The translations under genes were made by a program, and so were the position numbers. From assembly GCA_965206595.1 (NCBI GenBank), contig OZ242214.1, positions 4,000,001 to 4,064,000 of the forward strand: 64,000 bases of DNA. The letters run 5' to 3'. Under the pieces are notes generated by a model. That model saw only the letters and a program-made list of their open reading frames with translations. It searched no databases and was not told the origin of the DNA. Source of the DNA: Candidatus Latescibacterota bacterium. Lineage in GTDB: Bacteria > Latescibacterota > UBA2968 > UBA8231. Below are positions 30,874 to 40,956 of this stretch, in pieces; position 1 is the first letter of the stretch; each line of letters begins with the position of its first letter.

Positions 30874-33800
30874 GCCTGTCTTCTGGAGCATTGGAGGCGC
30901 TGAACGAACATTGGGCGGTCGCTGCCATCGGGACCGATGAGTTGGAGCGTGCGGGGGAACTGGTCGACCAGCGGCTCGCACAGCGAGCAGTCGGCAGGCA
31001 GATCAGCTTTTCCTTCGCGGAAAGCTCTGACGACGAACCCTTCCTGGTGCGTGTGGCGCTCGCTTTCGAGCTCGCCGCGATCGAGGGTTTGGATGAGCTG
31101 AGCCGTCCGGCGGGGGAGAACCTGTCCCTCAGGGACCAAGCAGTGGCGGCTTCGTTCCGTGCGTTTGACATCCGCCGTCTCCTCCCGGTGCCGGCGGAGA
31201 CCCATGAGCGTCTGTTCTTCGTGCTTCAGCTCTCCGCCATCGCTTATTGCGGCGATCGTTGGTCTGACTTGCGGCGCTGGTATCGGGAGCAGGGAGAGGC
31301 CCTGAAGGCGCCGAGTGCGGCGGATGCGGAATGGGACCGCAGGCTCCTTTACAGGCTGTTCGATTGCTGGGTCCGGCTTTTCCGCAAGGAGGGCTGGGAC
31401 GATCTGGATCGCATCCGCGAGATCATATCCGGCCTTCGTGAGGACCAGAGAACCCAGGAAGAACGTCGTCTGCAAAACGGTTCGAAGGCGGTGGACCGGG
31501 CAATCGCCCTGCGGTTGGCGGCTCTCTACAACTGGGCGAAAGCTACGGAGACACTCGCGAGCTACATGCTGCAAGGCCAACCAGGCGATCCGTTCGGTAC
31601 GCTGGACAAGCACTTCGAGGCAGGGATCAAGTCGGCGGCCGCTTCGGGGGATGCGCAGCACGAAGTGGTTCTGCGATGGCTCCACGCGACGTCGCGCATC
31701 ATGGTGACGAATTCGCTCTGGTGGGCAACCCGGACGGTCAACTCGCGAACCTCGGACTTCGTGCGCTCTCTCACGCACCGCGAGCACCAGGCGATGTTCG
31801 AGCTATTGCCGCCACAGCGCGCCGCGCTGCTCGAACAGGGGCTGCTGGACCAGGCGAAGACCGCGATTGTGGTCGATCTGCCCACCTCCGGCGGGAAGAC
31901 GCTGCTCGCGCAGTTCCGAATACTCCAGGCGCTGAACCAATTCCAGGCCGAGGAGGGATGGGTCGTCTACGTTGCGCCGACCCGTGCGCTGTCGGCGCAG
32001 ATCACGCGGCGCCTGCGCACGGATTTCGAGCCGATCGGCTTGCGCGTTGAGCAGTTGACCGCGGCGGTCGAGGTGGACGCCTTCGAGGAAGAGTTACTGG
32101 CCGACAGGAGCGAGCCGTTCGACTTCCTGGTCGCGACGCCCGAGAAGCTGTCGCTGGTGATCCGGAACAGCAAGGTGGATCGTCCTCTCGCGCTGGTGGT
32201 GATGGACGAAGCCCACAATCTGGAGGCGGAGGGCCGGGGCCTGCGGATCGAGCTGTTGCTGGCGACGGTGAAGCGGGACTGCCCGCAGGCAAACTTCTTG
32301 CTGTTGATGCCCTACGTGGAGGGAGCGGAGTCGGTAGCGCGCTGGCTTGCGCAGGACATCGACGCGGGGAACGCGATCAGCCTCGGTACGGTACCGTGGA
32401 AGCCGAACGAGCGGATTATCGGCCTCTTCCGGGCCGTGGCCGACGCCAGCGCGCGCGGGGGTTGGCACCTCGATTTCGAGACGCTGACCGCTAGCGAGAA
32501 GGCGATGCCGCTTCACGGAACGCACCGCGTGGGAGGTGTAAAGCCGATCGACGTGCCAAAGAGCCAGGTGCTTGCGAAGGGCGGGCAGAAGGGACTCGGA
32601 CTGCAGACTGCGGCGATCAGCGCGGTGATGTCGGCGCGAGGCACGAGTGTTGCGGTGGCCAACAACATTCGCACGGTCTGGAAGATGGCGGGGGAAGCGG
32701 CGCGGAGCCTCCCCGAGATGGAGGAAGTGCCTTCGGACATAAGGCTGGTTCAGGACTTCGTGCGCACCGAGATCAGCGCCGACTTCAGGCTGGTCGGCAT
32801 GCTTGAGAAGGGCGTGGGCGTGCACCATGCGGGGCTGTCCGACGATGTCCGGGCGCTGATGGAGTGGCTTGCGGAGACGGGCAGCCTGCGAATGCTGTGC
32901 GCGACGTCGACGATCGCCCAGGGCATCAACTTTCCGGTGTCGTCGGTCTTTCTGTCCTCGCGCTATGTGCCGCAGGGGACGAGATCGGTGGAGATCGCGC
33001 CGCGGGAGTTCTGGAACCTCGCCGGGCGCGCAGGAAGGATCGGTCACGACAGCGTCGGTGTAGTGGGGCTGTCCGAAGGGACCGATCGCGATGCCTTGAT
33101 CAAGTTCGTGAGCCGTAACACCGGTGCGCTCGTCTCACGTCTCGTGGTGCTTCTGGACGAGCTGGCAGCGCAGGGGTCGTTGGCGCAGCTGTCGGATGTG
33201 CTCTGGAAGGATCAGTGGGAGGATTTTCGCTGCTACATCGCACACCTGTGGGCGGAGAAGAAGAACTTGGATGCGGTCCTTGCGGATTCCGAGCAGCTTC
33301 TGAGGCAGACCTCGGATACACTTCGATGCGGAACGATCCGCAGCAGAGACAGAAGGCGGATGCCCTTCTCGATGCGACGCAGAGCTACGCGCGCGAGCTC
33401 GCCGAGATGCCTCAGGGAATCGCGGAGCTTGCGGATTCCACCGGGTTCTCGCCGGAAGGGGTCCGCGCGGCAATGGGTGGCATCGGCAGTCTGGAGAGCA
33501 GGCTCACCGTGTCGGACTGGGCGCCGGAGAGCCTGTTCGGCAGCGGTGGCAGAATGGCGGACCTGTTCGGGGTCATGTTGAGGGTGCCGCAGCTCAAGCA
33601 GGACTTGAATGAGTTGGGGGGGCAAGGGTTCGATCGGAGCCGGATCTCCGAGATCACCAACGACTGGGTGAACGGAAAGGGTCTGGAAGCGATCGCGAGG
33701 GAGTATTTCAGCCGCGAAAACGACGACGAAGTGGGCACGGCGGCCCTGACGGATGCGTGCAGGGCGATCTATCGCACCATTGTCAACAGCGGAACATGGG

Positions 33801-34147
33801 GTGTTTCGGCGCTGAGTCGGGTGTCGGGGATCGATTTCGACGCGCTTTCCGAAGCCGACAAGCGGCGGATCAACGCACTGCCCGCCATGATCTATCACGG
33901 CGTAAGCAGCGAAGATGCGGTACTCATGCGGATGAATGCCGCCCCGCGCAGCGCGGCCGAGGCGTTGGGGAGCCTCTACCGGGATGTCACCGGTGAGGAT
34001 GAGGGGCGGTATTCGGTGGGAACGGCGCGGCGTTTCCTGCAGGGACTGGGCGCCGATGAATGGGACGGGGTGAGACCGGCAGGCGCGCCGCTGTCCGGCA
34101 CGGGATATAAGCGGGTCTGGGAGGTTCTCTCCGGAGAGGCGAGCTGA
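30870..34147 (+). pseudogene. Ski2-like DEAD/DEAH helicase (HamB-like), frameshifted near 33311
   Basis: LPTSGGKT, ATPEK, DEAH, GVHHAGL, TSTIAQGINFP, NLAGRAGR. Protein-like sequence switches frame at CAGACCTCGGATAC into ORF 33215..34147. Confidence 0.8.
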
Positions 34148-34180
34148 CGGCGCTCGATCCTCAGCCCAACCGCCGCCAGC

Positions 34181-34235
34181 CTACTGAAGCCGCAACTCCT
34201 CCGACACCTCGGCAAGCAGATCATTGGTCTTCTCT
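34181..34235 (-). repeat. Copy 1 of the DUF499 gene 3' end
   Basis: ctactgaagccgcaactcctccgacacctcggcaagca is nearly identical to 36387-36424. Confidence 0.9.
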
Positions 34236-34559
34236 AAAAGCAAGCAAATTTGATGTTGAAGCTCGTGTAGTTCTTCCGCGATCTCTTGAGGGGGATTCTG
34301 ATCGAGGGCTTTTTTTTACGATCTCGGCGGCCTTTTTTGGCTGGTTGCAGTCCAATGCAAGCGTCGCAGCACTGCGGTGCAGTACCGAGTAGGTCGGTTC
34401 GATCCGTCCCTCCGCTTCCAATTGGGCGATCGCCCCAAGTTCGTATTTCAATGCTTGAACAAAAAAATCGTGTGCCTGTTCTCGCCGGCCGTGTAGGCGC
34501 TCTACAAAAGCAAGTTCGGCAAAATCCATGGCCTTATTGTGGGAATCGTTGACGCTCAT
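34181..34559 (-). pseudogene. Small helical (TPR-like) protein, frameshifted in a homopolymer and fused to a DUF499 tail copy
   Basis: H..AM..AE.A...IEPT.SVLHRSAATLALDC. Removing one base from the T8 run at 34310-34317 gives KKALDQNPPQEIAEEL...EKTNDLLAEVSEELRLQ*. Confidence 0.6.
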
Positions 34560-34715
34560 TTTCCGGCACCTCAGCAAGCGGTTGTCCAAACTCAACTACG
34601 ATTACGTACGCTGGTAGAGACCCGTCTGACGGGTCTGTCTGTTTTAGCTTCTGTCTCATTCTTGCTTGCACATCGCTATCGCTGCCCTTGCGTATCCCCG
34701 ATTTCCGCCGCTAGC

Positions 34716-34794
34716 CTACTCAAGCCGCAAGTCCTCCGACATCTCGGCAAGCAGGGCGTTGATCTTCTCCACCGCCTCCGGGCTGGGGGCGGTC
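34716..34794 (-). repeat. Copy 2 of the DUF499 gene 3' end
   Basis: Encodes TAPSPEAVEKINALLAEMSEDLRLE* versus native TAPSPEAVEKIKDLLAEVSEDLRLQ*. Confidence 0.9.
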
Positions 34795-34817
34795 AACCAC
34801 CCCGTCATAGCTAAGTG

Positions 34818-35004
34818 GGCGGCCTTGCTCGCGGATATTTGGCCCCTGACGGATCCTGCCCCGATCCGGACTTGTCGGACCGGACTTGTCGGAATGGTGT
34901 AGAGTTACCGCCTGTGCCCCGCGGAGGGTACCGCCTCAACCGCAGGTCGAAGTCGCCGCCTGACCTAATCGCGGTATGCTCTCTGTGCCGCGAGCGGTAC
35001 GGAG
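34818..35004 (+). repeat. Degenerate IS91/ISCR-like relic (copy E)
   Basis: ccctgacggatcctgccccgatccggac, ccgcctcaaccgcaggtcgaagtcgccgcctgacct and gagcggtacggag are collinear with copy C. Confidence 0.7.
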
Positions 35005-35150
35005 TGCATACTCAAGAACCAGATTGACCTTGGTACGTGCCGAGATCCTTTTTCAATTGATGCTTGGAACATCCCGGATCTTCTTTAGGAAGACAAGCGA
35101 ATCGAATAGAATCGTCGATAGGGAATATCTTTGAGGTTGCCATTAATGAT

Positions 35151-35957
35151 TTATCTATTAGTCAGCTCCTCTATGTAACAAGGGTTTATTTCGATCTCCT
35201 CATTTCTTAATGAACATTCATATAAATTCGTATGAGATGGAAGTATTTTGCCAAGTAATTTTTTATCCTCAGTCGGGGTTCTTAATCCAAAAATGACAGA
35301 TTTAGGCCGCAATCCAGACATACGCCTTTCTTCATTTTGGATCTCAAACCACATATGAAATTCATGTGTCAGTCTCCATTCTCTCTCATAGCTCCATTCT
35401 TCACGTTTTACATACAAATATTCTTTTAAAAATTGTAATGGATTTTCAATAAATTGAGGTATTGAAGCTTTCCAATTAATATCACTTGTATAATTAACTT
35501 TGTCGCACAGATCTGACCTTAAATCTCCAACTCTGTCGAATTCCAAGCACAAACCTTTGTGTGAATCTGCATAGTGAGACCACATAAGAGTGCTATAGGG
35601 AGAAGAGGAAAAGCAAGCGAATCCTAATTGGGAAATTAAATTCTCGTGAAATCTTATTATCCTATCCCTTAATTCAGGATCTTCCCTGTTCTCGAAATTT
35701 TTGAAATATTTCAAATGCAATGCGCTTGATTTCATCAATTCAATGGCTCGATTCAAATCGAAAGATAACTCAAAGCATGACTCGGCTTTCATGATTTTGT
35801 TAAAGGAAACGATATTGTCGAAGGGGTCATTGAATGTGCTGGGGTCGCCGAGCCAGACATATTCCTGAACCAAACAATCCAAAGAATTTTTGTTAATGGA
35901 GTAAAATTTGAACAAAGAGCTCGGATCATCGAAATTTATCTCATGGTTTTTTAACAT
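35151..35957 (-). CDS. DUF2971 domain protein (AT-rich, foreign)
   Basis: FNDPFD, ACFS......LMWSHYADSHKGLCLEFD, K..EWSYE.EWR; GGAGG RBS; far more AT-rich than its flanks. Confidence 0.88.
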   Translation of the reverse strand: MLKNHEINFDDPSSLFKFYSINKNSLDCLVQEYVWLGDPSTFNDPFDNIVSFNKIMKAESCFELSFDLNRAIELMKSSALHLKYFKNFENREDPELRDRIIRFHENLISQLGFACFSSSPYSTLMWSHYADSHKGLCLEFDRVGDLRSDLCDKVNYTSDINWKASIPQFIENPLQFLKEYLYVKREEWSYEREWRLTHEFHMWFEIQNEERRMSGLRPKSVIFGLRTPTEDKKLLGKILPSHTNLYECSLRNEEIEINPCYIEELTNR

Positions 35958-36032
35958 CACGTCCTCCAATTTATCTTGTGCAATTGCCAAGTTAAGGGCA
36001 CCTTCGGTATTGAAATCAGAATTACCGCTCCA

Positions 36033-36377
36033 CTTCAGCGGTTGTGGCGGACGCCTGAGAATCATCGCCGCCCGCCTCGATCCGAACCTGTCTGGAGGGG
36101 TAGGGCTGCCGGCGATGCCCCGCCGAGGGTTCCGCCTCAACCACAGTTCGAGTTCGCCGCCTGACCACCTCTGCCATTTGGCTGCCGGCAGGTGAGCCAT
36201 ACGGAGGCGGGAGCCCTCAAAGTACCGGGGTGACCCCTGAAAGGCGCCGAAATCCATTTCAGAGGATTGGGGCAGTCCCGACCGATAAAGTGTGAAGACA
36301 AGCGATCTATCAGAGACCCTGATGGACCCTTGTGCACGTCTCAGCGAACGGCCCGATATCGGGGCCTTTCTCCTAAT
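36033..36377 (+). repeat. IS91/ISCR-like relic with oriIS-like end (copy F)
   Basis: Collinear with 22407-22787, including gtaccggggtgacccctgaaaggcgcc, gcagtcccga and tcagcgaac..ccgatatcgg..TCCTAAT. It ends 9 bp from the DUF499 stop. Confidence 0.85.
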
Positions 36378-36386
36378 AATGACTGC

Positions 36387-39300
36387 TTACTGAAGCCGCA
36401 AGTCCTCCGACACCTCGGCAAGCAAATCTTTGATCTTCTCCACCGCCTCCGGGCTGGGGGCGGTCTCCCCTCCTACCTCGATGCCGACCGTAAACCTGAG
36501 CTCGTTTCCAACGGCGGCCTTTAGCAGCTCCGGCACCTGGTCGGCCAGGTCCTGGATCTGGTCGGCCTCAAGAACCGCCTCTGCACGGGGCAACCCTCGG
36601 GTCCTGCTTCCCGACCCGTATAGGGGTTTCTCCTTTTCGTGAACTCCGCCGGCCGGCACCTGGAGGATCACGTGCTGGGCGCCCGCCAGGTCGCACGGCC
36701 ATTCCGCGCTGTCCCTTGTCGGCTCGATCCAGCGCGCCCGGATGGCCGACGCGATGGCTGATCGCACCGTGGTCCAGGGCAGATTGGCGCCAAGCTTGGC
36801 TGAGAGGGCGGTGGCAAGGGCGAGGGTGTTTGCCTTGCCGTCCTTCCAGGCGTCGGGGATCGACTCGGCCATCAACTCGGCAACTTCGATCGGCTCAGGC
36901 CGCGGCCTGAGTTTCGCGGCGGCCGTGAGGATTCCCGCCGGCACCGGCTCGTCGAGGATCGAGGCCGGTCCGCTCGTCAGCCAAACCAACCCCTGCTCGA
37001 CGGCCTGCGAGATGGCCGTTTCCAGGTGAGCCGGTTCGCATTTCGGGATGACCAGGATCTCCTCATACCCCTCCCGCGGCAGGCTCACGGTGTGGCCGCC
37101 GCCAAAGTAGTCGAAGACATCCTGCACGCTGATTTCCTCCGCCCGCCACAGCCCGGGGAGCTTCTCGTGCACGAGGAGGTCCGGGGCGATCCCGCTCAAC
37201 TCGGCTGCTTCGGGAAGCAGCACCTCCAGAGCCGGGTCCTGCAGGGCCGTCTCGTCCACGTCCGTGCGCCAGAAGGTGCGGGCGGTGCGGTCCGGGCGTA
37301 CGAGCCGCGCCACCCAGGTTCCCTGCCGGACTCCGTCCACGACCGTGTCCAGGACCTCTTTCGGCCGCAGCATCTTGGGCAGCTTGGGAAACTGCGCGAA
37401 GGCGCCCACGAGGTCCTTGACGCGGCGGGAGTCCTCCCCCTCGCGCCACAAGTCGTAGGGACCGCCCGGCACCATCGCCTCCGAGCTGACGGCGGTTTCC
37501 TGGATGCGCGACCGCTGGTCCGCCTTGATGATCGTGAACAGAGGCTCCCCGGTGACCACGACCTTGAAGGCGTGAACGGTGTTGTTCTCGTCGACGGTGA
37601 CGACCACGGAGTACGCCTGCCGCACGGCCTCCGGGATGCGTCTCCTCGCGGACTCCGTCTCTGTGGCGAGCATCTGCTCGCGGAGCGGATCGATGGGCTG
37701 ATCCTTGAGCTGCTCGCGGACCTCCACCCACCCGAGGTACTCCCGGACCCGCGTGCGCACCGCCTCGAGACCGTCCCGGGAAGGCACGGCCAGGACCACG
37801 GCGTTGCGGAAGACCCGGGGATGGTCCCGGGAGGTCCTCTCCTCGAGGAAGCGCTTGGCCGGAGCGCTCGGCTTGCCGGACTCGGAGGCCGCCTGCGGCC
37901 CGAGGACGGCGTAGTGGAAGTCGCCGTCGTCGCCGATATCGCTCGGTCTCTCCGGCAGGTTGTGCACCTTGGCGCCGGCCGCGGAGGCGCCCGAGGTGAG
38001 AGCCCTCTCCTTGTCGATGGCGTCGATGAGCTGCGATTCGACGAGTGTGGACGGCACCCGGTTGCTGCAGGCCTCGTGGTGCATCTGGCGCAGGTTGGGC
38101 CGGTTGCCCAGCCGCCACGCCCTCGGCAGTTCCCCCTCCGAGCCGGTCTCACCGGTGGCGATCTCCGCCTCGTCCAGGAACCACGACTGCTCCGTCCAGC
38201 GCCGCAGGGCCTTCTCCAACTCGATCCTGTCCGGATGGCCCGCTCCGAGCAGCACCATCAGGTCCCGGGTCAGGGCCTTGTGGCCGATGGGCTGGGAGCT
38301 CAGGAAGACCGAGACCACGGCCTGCTCCGTCTCCCGGTGTGCCAGGCCGGCCGCCTCGTCCTGGATCATGCGCGCCTTTTCCAGCTCGCCTTCGAGAATG
38401 GGCCGCCACTCCTGGGGCCGGCCGGTATCCGTGTCGACGCTGGCAATGGAAGCGAGCTCGCCGGCCGCCTCGGCCAGGCCATCCTTTCCCGGCTCGTGCA
38501 GAAAGACGTTGGGCCCCACGAGCGGGCTGGTGTCCCACCCGGCGACATCGCGCAAGGCGATGGCGAAGGTGCGCAGGATGCCACGGGTGCGCTGGAAGCC
38601 GTCGAGCTGGGTCCAGCGGGTGTAGAAGACCTCCGTGAGATCCGGGTGGAAGGGATAGCTGTTCAGGTAGCGCTCCTCGGCGCTGGCCCGCTCCTTCCCG
38701 GTCTGGTCGTCGAGGGCGGCGATACTGCCCACCGCCGAGGTCACATGCGGGCGGAAGACGCTCTGATCGCGGATCGACTCGGGGGTGAAGAAGCGGCGCC
38801 GCAGGACCTCGGCCACGTCCTCCTTGCTCACCGGACTGGCGTCCTCCTCCATCTGGCGGCCGAAGACCTCGGAGACATCGAGCAGCAGCTCCTGGCCGAG
38901 GTCGTCATGCTTCCTCGGGTCGGAGGCGAGCAGCGAGGCCACCATGGCGCAGCGGTCCACCTTGACCACCGCCTGCGTTAGGTACTGGAAGAAACTGACC
39001 AGGCGTCCCCGTGACTCCCCGGAAGCCTCGGCCAGCACCCGCAGGTACATCAGCACCTCGTCGAGCAGCACCAGCGTCGAGAGTCCGTCTCTCTGCGGCC
39101 TGGATAGCAGCTCCACCACCAGCGGCTCCGCGGGCGGGGTGTCGCGCTCCGCGTCCTTGCCGTCTGCGTGGATGAGCCGCAGGCCGTCCGGCCCCGCCAA
39201 CTGAAAGGCGAGGATGCTCCACGGGTGCTTGAGCATCCTGACCTCGCCATCCGGCCCCGGCGTCTCGACCCCCTTCTCCAGGTCGATCTTGTCGAAGCAG

Positions 39301-39704
39301 AGCGCCGCGACCCGGGCCTGCGGAGGCCTGAAGCCGATGTGCGCCTCAAACTCCTGCACGGCCGGCAGGGCGGGAAGCGCCGCCGGGTCGTGGACCAGGT
39401 GCCTCAGCGCGATGAGCGTGTGCGTCTTGCCGCCGCCGTAGTTGACGGAAAGCTTGCGGTACGCCTTGTCGCTGCGGCCGTCGAGCCGGTGGCAGACGTC
39501 CTTGACCAGCTCCCGCAGGTTCAGGGTGGGAAAGGTGAGGGCGAAGAACTCCTCGGGCCGCTCGTACACCGGCCGCTGGCCCTTCTGCATCACCACGTCG
39601 TAGAGGTCGGCAGCGAAGACGGCCAGCGACAGCTCCCCCGTCTTCAGGTCGTCGCGCAGCTGCACTACCTCGTGCCAGGGTTTCCGGGATGTCTTGGTTG
39701 TCAT
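36387..39704 (-). CDS. DUF499 AAA+ ATPase (BrxC/PglY-related)
   Basis: KPW.EVV.LR.D...FAADL, YGGGKTHTLIAL, LLDE, SYPFHP, FQRTRGILR, FRNAVV; 1105 aa. Confidence 0.9.
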   Translation of the reverse strand: MTTKTSRKPWHEVVQLRDDLKTGELSLAVFAADLYDVVMQKGQRPVYERPEEFFALTFPTLNLRELVKDVCHRLDGRSDKAYRKLSVNYGGGKTHTLIALRHLVHDPAALPALPAVQEFEAHIGFRPPQARVAALCFDKIDLEKGVETPGPDGEVRMLKHPWSILAFQLAGPDGLRLIHADGKDAERDTPPAEPLVVELLSRPQRDGLSTLVLLDEVLMYLRVLAEASGESRGRLVSFFQYLTQAVVKVDRCAMVASLLASDPRKHDDLGQELLLDVSEVFGRQMEEDASPVSKEDVAEVLRRRFFTPESIRDQSVFRPHVTSAVGSIAALDDQTGKERASAEERYLNSYPFHPDLTEVFYTRWTQLDGFQRTRGILRTFAIALRDVAGWDTSPLVGPNVFLHEPGKDGLAEAAGELASIASVDTDTGRPQEWRPILEGELEKARMIQDEAAGLAHRETEQAVVSVFLSSQPIGHKALTRDLMVLLGAGHPDRIELEKALRRWTEQSWFLDEAEIATGETGSEGELPRAWRLGNRPNLRQMHHEACSNRVPSTLVESQLIDAIDKERALTSGASAAGAKVHNLPERPSDIGDDGDFHYAVLGPQAASESGKPSAPAKRFLEERTSRDHPRVFRNAVVLAVPSRDGLEAVRTRVREYLGWVEVREQLKDQPIDPLREQMLATETESARRRIPEAVRQAYSVVVTVDENNTVHAFKVVVTGEPLFTIIKADQRSRIQETAVSSEAMVPGGPYDLWREGEDSRRVKDLVGAFAQFPKLPKMLRPKEVLDTVVDGVRQGTWVARLVRPDRTARTFWRTDVDETALQDPALEVLLPEAAELSGIAPDLLVHEKLPGLWRAEEISVQDVFDYFGGGHTVSLPREGYEEILVIPKCEPAHLETAISQAVEQGLVWLTSGPASILDEPVPAGILTAAAKLRPRPEPIEVAELMAESIPDAWKDGKANTLALATALSAKLGANLPWTTVRSAIASAIRARWIEPTRDSAEWPCDLAGAQHVILQVPAGGVHEKEKPLYGSGSRTRGLPRAEAVLEADQIQDLADQVPELLKAAVGNELRFTVGIEVGGETAPSPEAVEKIKDLLAEVSEDLRLQ

Positions 39705-40039
39705 GTTGTCCTCGCGGAAGGATGGATTCGCACCACCTCGCTAGGCCGGATCTCACCAAGGAGTCGCTCCAGCTCAGGCACCAGGTCCCCCAAGGCCTCG
39801 AGGGTCTTGCTGGACGGGCGCAGGATCGCAACACCCAAGTCGAATTGCCACAATGGTTGCTGGTCGGGGAGGCTATTGTCCATGGTCACCAGAACATCGA
39901 AGTGCTTTTTAGCCGCGTGTAGTAATGCCCCGTTCTTGAGACCCTTCCAGCCGCGGTATTCCACCGTCTCCACCATCAGTTCCTCTTTGAAGTATAGCCT
40001 GAGTCGGATCGGAATATCCTCATCAAGAAGTACTCGCAT
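39701..40039 (-). CDS. DUF5615 PIN-like putative toxin
   Basis: MRVLLDEDIP...GWKGLKNGALL..A...FDVLVT.D. Confidence 0.85.
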   Translation of the reverse strand: MRVLLDEDIPIRLRLYFKEELMVETVEYRGWKGLKNGALLHAAKKHFDVLVTMDNSLPDQQPLWQFDLGVAILRPSSKTLEALGDLVPELERLLGEIRPSEVVRIHPSARTT

Positions 40040-40280
40040 TCCGCTCCCTCATGTGATCCAGTCCTTGGGAAGCAAGCTCGAGGAATGAATCTAGTTGCCA
40101 CCGCTCGACCGTGGGGTAATCCTGGAGAAACTCCTCGATGGAGTGCCCACCCTTGAGGTAAGCCACCAAGCTGTCTACCGGGACGCGCGTGCCGGCAAAC
40201 ACCAGATCGCCACTATGGACTTCTGGATCACGCCGGACAACCTTCTCCAGCGAGATTTCCCTGCGCACCGAGGTTCCCAT
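40023..40280 (-). CDS. DUF433 putative antitoxin
   Basis: DPEVHSG..VF.GTRVPV..L..YL..G.SIEEFL.DYP. Confidence 0.9.
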   Translation of the reverse strand: MGTSVRREISLEKVVRRDPEVHSGDLVFAGTRVPVDSLVAYLKGGHSIEEFLQDYPTVERWQLDSFLELASQGLDHMRERNASTS

Positions 40281-40956
40281 CTCCACTCCTCCTCTCTGAG
40301 GTAAGCTCCCTGAGTTTCTCCCTGAAGTATCGAAAACTCGGAGATGCGTTTTTCTCCACGTCCAACTCCGGGACGATTCTCTCCGCCCAAGTTGACTTTT
40401 CCCTGCCCACGGCCGACCAACCCTTCCCCTTCAGCACACTGGAGCCGCCCCTGAACACGGCGTCCGCGAGAAACTCCCAGGTTCCGCAGATCGAGTCGTT
40501 CCTGTAACGCTTGAGGACATCCTCCCTCGCTTGCGGATAGGCTGCCCTGATCGCGGGAAGGTCGCCCAGCAGCCATGCCTCCCCCTCCTCTACGGCGATG
40601 CAGAAGCGGGTCTCCGGTCTCGGGTTGCAGTGCTCCAGGACTCCAAGGAGTTCTTGGCGAAAGGTCCTCCGGCATCTGTCATCCAGGTCACAAACCACGA
40701 TGACCACAGCGCGGTAGCTGGCGCCATACCCGGCAAAGGTCTTCCCATTTCCCCGGAGCAACCTCGGAAGCTGGTCGAGCAGGAGGCGCTTCGTCGCCTC
40801 AGTGCCACCCGTCAACCCCCTTGGAATGCGCCCGACCCCCTTGTACGCATGAACCCGAAAGGTGTGCTGATCGTCCACGATCTTCGGAACCAAGATGTCC
40901 AGCGCTCGCTTGCCCGAAGTATCTTCGACGAGGATCTCGAAGTGCACTCTGATCAC
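40228..40956 (-). CDS. DUF4276-like TOPRIM-fold protein
   Basis: ILVED.SG, VVCDLDD, EEGEAWLLGD, N.SPSF; GTGA overlap with the ATPase stop. Confidence 0.8.
   Translation of the reverse strand: MIRVHFEILVEDTSGKRALDILVPKIVDDQHTFRVHAYKGVGRIPRGLTGGTEATKRLLLDQLPRLLRGNGKTFAGYGASYRAVVIVVCDLDDRCRRTFRQELLGVLEHCNPRPETRFCIAVEEGEAWLLGDLPAIRAAYPQAREDVLKRYRNDSICGTWEFLADAVFRGGSSVLKGKGWSAVGREKSTWAERIVPELDVEKNASPSFRYFREKLRELTSERRSGDGNLGAQGNLAGEGCPA

Noticed and set aside
33300-33320. Programmed frameshift in the helicase
   Set aside because: No slippery heptamer. Single-base indels also occur at ~4717 and ~34310, so decay or sequencing error is more likely.
35958-36257. N-terminal 100-aa extension of the DUF2971 ORF
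   Set aside because: Mostly the reverse complement of the IS91-like relic; the RBS points to a start at 35957/35960.
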